DNA of 64,000 nt from Eledone cirrhosa (taxonomy: Eukaryota): NCBI GenBank assembly GCA_964016885.1, contig OZ024740.1, forward strand, positions 77,810,001-77,874,000, given 5' to 3'. The notes below the pieces were generated by a model that saw nothing but the letters and a program-made list of their open reading frames with translations, made no database searches and had not been told where the DNA came from. Each line of letters begins with the position of its first letter. Within the stretch, counting starts at the first letter, position 1. Positions 55,739 to 64,000 of this stretch are shown one piece after another. The position numbers were made by a program, and so were the translations under genes.

Positions 55739-56980
55739 TTAGGCCCTTGTGTTTTTATTAGATTGTTGTTGTACACAATGTTTAACAGTTTTTTGTTTCT
55801 TGTGTTTATGTATGTGTATGCATGTTTTTGTTTTTGTGTGGTGTTTTTTGTTTGCTGTTGTTGTGAGCTCTTTTGTGTTGGTGTCAGTGTTATGTTTTGG
55901 GGAGGGGTTGTTTTCATTTGTGTGTCTGAGGTGTGTTTTCTTTTTTTTTCTTTTGATTGTGTGGAAGTGCTCCTCCTCGTCTGACGACGAACTAGGGTCA
56001 TCTTCCGCGTTGGAGGGGAGGGGTATATTTTCGGGTTGTGTTTGCGGTACGGGTGTTTTGGAAATTGTTTTTGTTTTTTGAGTGGAGGGGATGGGTTGGA
56101 CATTGTTTTGTTTTGGTTTGAGCTGTGGTGGTTGTTTATGTAGTGGTAGTTGTGGTGATTGTGTTGGTTGTGCAGTTGTTGGTGGTGTAGGCAGGATTGG
56201 GGATTTCTTATTAAGTTGGGGACAGACAGCCCTCAGGTGACCTCTGGTTCCGCAGAGGTAACACGAGGGCCGTCTACCCTCAACGGTAATGTTGATGAAG
56301 GTTAGATCATCCAGTATGACGCGTTCAGGGATCTGGGCGATCCTTTCGGGCCTCATTTGAACTACAAGTTCGAGGCTCGTTCCACTGAACGCGTCACCCG
56401 ATGCCTTTCCCATGGACACCAGCATGTCATCCTCCAGGTCCAGAAAACCTGTCAAAACCCACCATATGTCCATAATCGGCAGGATGGTGTGGATTTTTAT
56501 TTTTTGTGTTCTTCTACCCATGTACGTAGGGTAGAAGGTGTATGCGGTGGATGTGATTGGTTTGATGGACAGTTTCACTGCTGTGTCCCTGTCCTTCATG
56601 AGAATGGATAGACTCCCGTAGAGTCTATCCTTCTGAATGAAGGTGATGTCCTTCATGACGTCTTTTAAAACCAGCTCTATCTCGCTCTGTGATGGTTGAG
56701 CTGGTTTTTTACTTTTGTTCGAGATTGTCCTAAACATGACCGTGTTTAGGAGTCTCTGGCTTTTTAGTTCCGGGGGGGAATGGATTGTGAATGAACCATT
56801 TTCTCCGTACACTATATATTTTTTCGCATCCGCCAGTAGCTCCTTCGCTTTGGTTATATCTACTGGCAGATAGTCGAGGGTTTTCCTTGTCGTCTCGGCG
56901 AAGGAGAAATTTTGTTTGTTTGTGTTGTTGTTGTCGTTGGTGGTGTTGTTGTTATCATTGTTGTTGTTGTCACCGTTATT
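55739..56980 (-). CDS. LINE ORF1 (gag-like, zinc knuckle), 5'-truncated; possible frameshifted continuation to 55441
   Basis: CYLCGTRGHLRAVC CCHC motif; the frame stays open upstream of 56812 (NNGDNNNN...FSFAETTRKTLDYLP) to the (GATA)n tract without an ATG. Confidence 0.75.
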   Translation of the reverse strand, partial: NNGDNNNNDNNNTTNDNNNTNKQNFSFAETTRKTLDYLPVDITKAKELLADAKKYIVYGENGSFTIHSPPELKSQRLLNTVMFRTISNKSKKPAQPSQSEIELVLKDVMKDITFIQKDRLYGSLSILMKDRDTAVKLSIKPITSTAYTFYPTYMGRRTQKIKIHTILPIMDIWWVLTGFLDLEDDMLVSMGKASGDAFSGTSLELVVQMRPERIAQIPERVILDDLTFINITVEGRRPSCYLCGTRGHLRAVCPQLNKKSPILPTPPTTAQPTQSPQLPLHKQPPQLKPKQNNVQPIPSTQKTKTISKTPVPQTQPENIPLPSNAEDDPSSSSDEEEHFHTIKRKKKKTHLRHTNENNPSPKHNTDTNTKELTTTANKKHHTKTKTCIHIHKHKKQKTVKHCVQQQSNKNTRA

Positions 56981-57037
<57 letters not shown>

Positions 57038-57039
<2 letters not shown>

Positions 57040-59525
57040 TTCTTTATTTGCCACAAGGGCGCACAAGAAATGGAACATTACAAGATGTGACGGCGAGGGT
57101 TTTGAAAATAATCGTGTAAATAAATGTAACAACTATAAATAAAAAATCGAAATCTCCAGTAGTGGGGAACGTTACTCCGGAGATAGAACAACCCTCAACA
57201 CCAGGATCCCGTTTTGTAAGTGCTCCCGTCTTCCCTCTTTTGTCTTCTTCAACCTACAGGTTTATATACAGAGAAGGCCCATTCACTCGGACCAATTTCT
57301 CCATATTCACCCACCTTTTAGCGAATTTACTGGCGTGCAGCACCTCTCTCTCCACTCTCACCTCCCTTTTGAAATTGCATTTAAAGAGTTGTTGTCCGGA
57401 GAGGAAGGTGTTTGCCCTCAGTCCTTTCAGTCTCGTGCACCATATCGCTTCTTTCACCATACAGAGGAAAACCATCTCTCCGTCGGTGTTAAATGAAGGT
57501 GACGGAGTAATCCTCACGATGGACTCGGCTGACTGTTGGATTCGTCCTACATGTGACAGAAGCTGTTCGACATAATTCCACAGGTCGGTAACTTCTGGGC
57601 ACTGAACTATTGAATCTTGGACAGGTCCTTTTGGCAGAGTCTCTGCCAGGGCATCTGTGCCCGTAGATTTTATCTCGAACTGGTAGAGCTTCTCGGTAGC
57701 ACTACCAGGCCAGAGAAGTCCTCTGGAATAGACTGGCCAGTTCGTCCCCTTCGACGCCCAGAGTTTCCACGAAAACGTTGTTGCACTTATCCTCCACTAA
57801 TCCCCAACAGAATATTGGCGTGGAGTTTCCACTGATTGACGTTTACGCCTGGTAGAAGACTGTGAGCACCTGAGCGCACTCTAGTTGCTTGGCGCCCGTT
57901 TTCGGTCTTTGCTTGACCCAGGAGAGCAGCTCCATTAGCGAGACAAGCTGTGGAAAAGCTTGTCTCACGAAAGACCACCACACCGGTTCAGCGGTCAGGA
58001 ATACCTGTAGATGGCGTAGCTTCAGCGCGTTTTTACGCATCATCAGCCACGACATTCCCAGCCCCTCGTGGGAAGGGTATTGGCAGCTTCCAAAGAAACT
58101 GGAAAAGTAGACGTTCCATTTTGTCGAGGTGATCACGGGGACAAAGCATGACTGTCAAGTGGTAGTTGATGGCGGACGCTATATAAGTGTTCACCACTTC
58201 CACTCGACCTTTTAAGGAGAGTGTGTGATCAGCTCACTTCTAGGTGAGCGCAAACACCTTCACCGTGACCTCGTTCCAGTTTTTATCCACCTGGAGGTCT
58301 GGATCGAACCAGACTCAGAGCAATTTCACCGGTACTTCCGTCCAGCGACCAACGACGCCATCGGACGGCATGGGTTTGCCTCTACAGTTGCCAAGCTACA
58401 AACCAACAGACACATCCACGTTTATTTTTGCTCCCATCAACGTTTTATATTCCTGTAACAAGTTGCCATTACTCCGATTTCCGAAGTTTTCGACACCATT
58501 ACAGTGACATCGTCGGCAAAGCTGACACTGCCTTTCCAAGTCCTGGTTCAAGTGGTATGCCCTGCAACAGCTCCAACGTCTGCAGTAGTGGTTAAAGTGT
58601 CAGTAGATACAGAAGGGAGGAGAGAGGGCATCCTTGACGGATGGAACGCGTGATTTGACATGGCTCCGACAGATTTCAAATGGCTACTGAGCAGATGCTG
58701 CTGTGCATGACAATGATCCAGCCTCTGAAGACGGGACCGAAGCCAGCCGCTGTAAGCACCCCTCCCAAGTATTGATGGTCATTCGTATCAAATACTTTAG
58801 ATTGATCTAAATTGATCATAGGCCCGCCAAAGCCAGGTTTACACCCTACCCTCTCTATGATGTATCGTATGAGGTGGAGGTTGTCGTGGATGGACCTGGT
58901 TGGGATTGTATAAGTTTGCGCTTCCCCTACCAGGTTCTTGACGACGAGCACCAACCTCGTTGCTAACACCTTCAACTCTGTGTTGAGCAGAGTTTTGTGC
59001 CTAAAATTGCTTCTGGCATTCCCTTTGCTCTCATCTTTCCTGATCAGTGTTACTACCTCATCAGTTTACAGAACTGGGAATTCTCCCGTTCTACTGTCCG
59101 TTGCAGCAGACCGCTTCGAAGACGTCAGAAAACAAGTCAGGAATGCCTACATAAAACTCATAGGGTAGACCATCCAAACCAGATGATTTGCGACTCCCAC
59201 AGTTGTCTAGGGGTGGTCTTGTATTTCACCCGCTGTTATCGGCCTTCCGCAGCTCTCCGCACCCGTGTCCGAGAGTCACGGTATGCCATCGAGGTAGGAA
59301 CTGAAAGCCATCACCCCGTCCGACACACCGCTCGGCCCGAACAGTTGCGCAAAGTGCCGCTGGAAAGCCACACACATCTGCTTGCATTCCAGTAGCACGC
59401 ATCTATTTTGGTTTTCCTAAGACCGAATTATGGCTATGTACTTCTGACAATACAACCTTTGTGTTTCCCGTTGAAGAACTGATCTAGTGCCGTTAGCACG
59501 TCAGCTGTACTGCCACTCTTAAGAG
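57038..59525 (-). mobile_element. Older, degenerate 5'-truncated Tx1 copy in tandem with the main element
   Basis: Fragment ORFs homologous to ORF2 (SIHDNLHLIRYIIERVG; KEAIWCTRLKGLR); bounded by (GATA)n at 56981-57037 and 59528-59540. Confidence 0.9.
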
Positions 59526-60016
59526 CCAGATAGATAGATAACCTTGGTAATAATATCCATTTATATATATGTTAAATCATTTCCACTTAACATTTGTCGG
59601 ATTGTACATATTTATTATAACTAATGATAAATAATTGTTTCTACTTTTGGCACAAGGCCAGCAATTATTCCAGTGCATTACTGGTATTTTATTTCATCGA
59701 CCCCGTAAGGATGAAAGGCAAAGTTAACCTCGGCGGGATTTGAACTCAGATCATAAAGGGCCATAACTCTTTGCTGAAAAGCATGGTATTCGACCCTCTA
59801 CCGATACTGCCAATCCACCGCCCTACTTAATGATAAATAATAAGATCATTCACGAGTCGATAAAATAGATTTCAGCTGAATGTGCTTTTATTATCGCTTG
59901 TTCCCTCCCTATTGAATTTGTGGTCGTATTCCTCAGTAGGTAGGCTCCTATCAATCTATCTATCTATCTATCTATCTGGTGGCAAATAAAAGAAACATAT
60001 CTATCTATTTATCTGT

Positions 60017-61232
60017 CTCGGCAAAATGGAGCGCGCGCTCTTCCAATTCCTTTGGAAGAAACGGGCTCCTTTGGTGAGAAGATCCATCTGCTGCCAACAC
60101 TCTTCAAACGGAGGGCTGGGGATGCCATGGCTGACGATGCGCAAACACGCGCTCAAGCTGCGGCACCTCCACGTATTCCTCACCGGACAACCCGTGTGAG
60201 CCCCGTTCGTGAGGCGAACCTTCCATTCGCTAACCGAGCCGCAGTCCTTGGTCAAGCAAAGACCGAGGAAAATGGGCGACTGGCACATCGAATATGCTCA
60301 GGCGCTCACAGTCCTCTGGCAAACGGACCCGGCGATCAGTGGAGACTCCACTTCGACATTCTATAGAGGGTTGGTCCGCAGCAAGTGCGACGACGCGCTC
60401 GGAGAAACTCTAGGCGTAGAGGAGGACGAACTGGCCAGTCTGTTCGGTCGGACCTTCCGCTCGCGACCGATGGACAACTTCCAAAAGTCCCTGGCCTGGC
60501 AGTGCTACCGAGGAGCTCCACCAGTTCGAGACAAGCTCTACAGACACGGGCGCCCGGGTAGGGATCCTTCGAAAAAGATCTGTCCGAGATGCGTGCGCGA
60601 AGAGGAAACCGTCGCGCACACATTTGTACACTGCCCGGGTGTTACCGACCTGTGAGGCTATTTAGAACGACTATTGTCGCGAGTGGGACCAATCCAGTTG
60701 ACCACCGAGTCCATTGTCATGATCAAACCGCCACCCTCCTTCAAAACCGAAGGAGAGGCGGTTTTCCTATGTGTTATGGCTATGGTGAAAGAGGTTATAT
60801 GGTGGACGAGGTTGAAAGGGCTGAGGTCAGACACCTTTCTCTCCGGCGAACAACTGATTCGTTTTTTCAAATATTATTTTGGAAGAAGAATCAGGATGGA
60901 GAGAGAGGTGCTGTACCCCAGCAAATTTTATGAAAGGTGGGTGAAAGTGGCAAAGATGGCCCGAGTGGTTGGGCCTTCTCTCTATATAAGCCTGTAGGTT
61001 GGGGAAAAAGAGGAAGAGAGGAAAGGAGTACTCACTCTTGGTGCTCCTGGAGATGAGGGTTGTACATTTTTTTTTCGGGTGTGTACAATCCCTGTGTAAC
61101 GCCTCCCCCTTCAATTGTTATTTGTTATTTTATTAATAGTTTTATTTTCATATACCTGTATGTAGACTCCTCATTTGTATTCGTCCCCTTCTTTTGTGCC
61201 CTTGAGGCTAATAAAGAAATTTATCTATCTAT
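60017..61232 (+). mobile_element. 5'-truncated Tx1 copy, preceded by a ~25-bp 3'-end-only copy at 59978-60005
   Basis: ORFs 60209-60655 and 60674-60997 match the ORF2 C-terminus; (TCTA)n on both sides. Confidence 0.9.
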
Positions 61233-61244
61233 AGTTAGATATTT

Positions 61245-62553
61245 AGGTAGGTAAGTAAGGAGGTACATACGTAGGTAGGTAGATAGGTAGGTAAGTGGGT
61301 AGCTAGGTTGACATGTAGGTAAGTAGGTAGGTAGGTAGGTAGGTAGGTAGGTAGGTAGGTAGGTAGGTAGGTAGGTAGGTAGGTAGGTAGGTAGGTAGGT
61401 TGAGAGGTAGGTAGGTAAGTAGGTAGGTAGGTAGGTAGGTTGGTAGGTAGGGTTGGTAGGTAGGTAGGTAGGTAGGTAGGTTGGTAGATAGGTAGGTAGG
61501 TTGGTAGGTAGGTAGGTTGGTAGGTAGATAGATAGGTAGGTAGGTAGTTAGGTAGGTAGGTAGGTAGATAGATAGGTAGGTAGGTAGGTAGATAGATAGG
61601 TAGGTAGGTAGTTAGGTAGGTAGGTAGGTAGGTAGGTAGGTAGGTAGGTAGGTAGGTAGGTAGATAGGTAGGTAGGTAGGTAGTTAGGTAGGTAGGTAGG
61701 TAGGTAGGTAGATAGGTTGGTAGGTAGGTAGGTAGGTTGGTAGGTTGGTAGGTTGGTAGGTAGGTAGGTAGGTAGGTAGGTTGGTTGGTAGGTTGGTAGG
61801 TTGGTAGGTTGGTAGGTAGGTAGGTAGGTAGGTAGGTTGGTAGATAGGTTGGTAGGTAGGTAGGTTGGTAGCTAGGTAGGTAGGTAGGTAGGTTGGTAGG
61901 TTGGTAGGTTGGTAGGTAGGTAGGTAGGTAGGTAGGTTGGTAGATAGGTTGGTAGGTAGGTAGGTAGGTTGGTAGGTTGGTAGGTAGGTAGGTAGGTAGG
62001 TAGGTTGGTAGCTAGGTAGGTAGGTAGGTAGGTAGGTAGGTAGGTAGGTAGGTAGGTAGGTAGGTTGGTAGGTTGGTAGGTTGGTAGGTAGGTAGGTAGG
62101 TAGGTAGGTTGGTAGATAGGTTGGTAGGTAGGTAGGTAGGTTGGTAGGTTGGTAGGTAGGTAGGTAGGTAGGTAGGTTGGTAGCTAGGTAGGTAGGTAGG
62201 TAGGTAGGTAGGTAGGTAGGTAGGTAGGTAGGTAGGTAGGTAGGTAGGTAGGAGGGTAGGTAGGGTTGGTAGGTAGGTAGATAGGTAGGTAGGTAGGTAG
62301 GTAGATAGGTAGGTTGGTAGGTAGGGTTGGTAGGTAGGTAGGTAGGTAGGGTTTGTAGGTAGGTAGGTAGGGTTTGTAGGTAGGTAGGTAGGTAGGTAGT
62401 TAGGTAGGTGTAGGTAGGTAGGTAGGTAGGTAGATAGGTAGGTAGGGTTTGTAGGTAGGTAGGTAGGTAGGGTTGGTAGGTAGGTTCGTAGGTAGGTAGG
62501 TAGGTAGGTAGGTAGGTAGGTAGGTAGGGTTGGTAGGTAGGTAGGTAGGTAGG
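61245..62553. repeat. 1.3-kb (TAGG)n satellite with TTGG/TAGA variants
   Basis: Directly visible; explains the PTYL ORF. Confidence 0.97.
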
Positions 62554-63371
62554 CATGTTATTAGCTAAATATAAAGGTACATAGGGTGTACATAGGGGTC
62601 TTCATTTTAACTACTCGGGTAGAGTGAGAGAGAGAAAGAAAAAGTGAGAAGGAATGAGAAGAGAGAAAGAGAGGGGCGTCAACGGTGCTTTAGGGTAGAT
62701 GTGTGTGTGTGTCAGAGAGAGAGAGTGTGTGTGTGAGTATGTTTGTGAGTGTGTACGTGTGTGTGTGTGCGTGTGTGTGTGTTTGTGACTGTGCGTGTGT
62801 GTGTGTGTGTGAGTGTGTGAGTGTGCGTGTGTGTGTGCGTGTGCGTGCGTGCGTGCGTGTTTGTGTGCGTGTGTGTGTGTGTGTGTGCATGTGTGTTCGT
62901 GTGTGTGTGAGTGTGTAGGAAGTCCTGAGAGAGATAAATCTAATCGTATTGGAAAGTTAGCTCTAATCTTATTCATTGACAAGTGAAAGCTTCTGACCCC
63001 CTCACATGAAAATGTCGCCAGTCCATTGACAGGCGTATTGTTTGTGTAACCAGATCAACGCCTCCACACATTCTGCTGCTGCACATGGCTATATATATAT
63101 AGTCAGATGAAAAAGTAACTTAAACACCATTATACCTTTGAAATATGTATAATAAAATATACATTTTGATTATGAGAATATTTTTCATTTATTAATATTT
63201 TGAATAATATATGTGTAGGTATGTATATTTCCTCTGATAGTTTGTAATATTTTTACATAGATCTATATGATATACAAACCAACACACATATATATCCTAG
63301 AAACGATCGTAAAATGATGATTTTTTTAATATAAGTAACTTGTTCTTTGTTTTTATCCATTGTTTTTATTA

Positions 63372-63430
<59 letters not shown>

Positions 63431-63432
<2 letters not shown>

Positions 63433-63567
63433 GAATGAAGTGTGGTAGGGAACCAGGTGGACCATAACGTACTAGAGTACTCAATACTTAGAGTAGTAGA
63501 GTGGGTAATTTCAGTCCAGAAATAGCCGTCGTAACGGCTTGAGCTCTGCCGCCGGGGTCATGAACAT

Positions 63568-63572
<5 letters not shown>
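63431..63572. mobile_element. Family X rearranged copy in (TA)n; a degenerate family I HHR relic lies nearby at 63102-63210
   Basis: Minus-strand tail 63431-63508 joined to plus-strand GTCCAGAAATAGCCGTC...GGGGTC; GAAATATGTATAATAAAAT at ~63141. Confidence 0.7.
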
Positions 63573-63623
<51 letters not shown>

Positions 63624-63791
63624 ATATAATATAATATAATATAATATAATATAATATATATATAATATAATATATTTATATATAATACATAATATAATAT
63701 ATATATAATATAATATATTTATATATAATACATAATATAATATATATATAATATAATATATTTATATATAATACATATATATATATATAAT

Positions 63792-63991
<200 letters not shown>

Positions 63992-64000
63992 ATAAATATA

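Larger units (their letters stand above)
51712..56980 (-). mobile_element. Near full-length Tx1/L1-clade non-LTR retrotransposon
   Basis: ORF1 with CCHC knuckle, ORF2 APE-RT-zinc finger, 3' UTR with AATAAA, and (TAGA)n-type flanks. Confidence 0.93.

Noticed and set aside
61684-62556. 290-aa PTYL-repeat ORF, or an interstitial telomere
   Set aside because: Translation of (TAGG)n; the unit differs from TTAGGG.

Overview
Repeat-dominated, AT-rich animal DNA with no convincing host gene. The SINE families suggest an octopus (cephalopod) genome; this is inferred from recognition, not a search. Nearly all listed ORFs are microsatellite artefacts. Real coding content is a near-intact Tx1/L1-clade LINE (51.7-57.0 kb, minus strand; ORF2 has a single premature TGA) with truncated relatives, plus decayed RTE, Penelope-like GIY-YIG and DNA-transposase fragments. 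The main hidden structure lies between about 5 and 36 kb. There, more than 20 type I hammerhead ribozyme (HHR) motifs from about 15 unrelated short non-coding sequence families sit in or against (TA)n microsatellites. Many form head-to-head fold-back palindromes, and most have palindromic helix III sequences. Two families carry a covaried U3-A8 catalytic core, and one forms a 591-bp tandem unit that could release a monomer RNA. This looks like a diverse, (TA)n-targeting Penelope/retrozyme-like ribozyme retroelement system. A second pattern is that every Tx1 copy is bounded by (TCTA)n-type sequence in a fixed orientation, suggesting a microsatellite-targeting LINE. All RNA folds were paired by eye.
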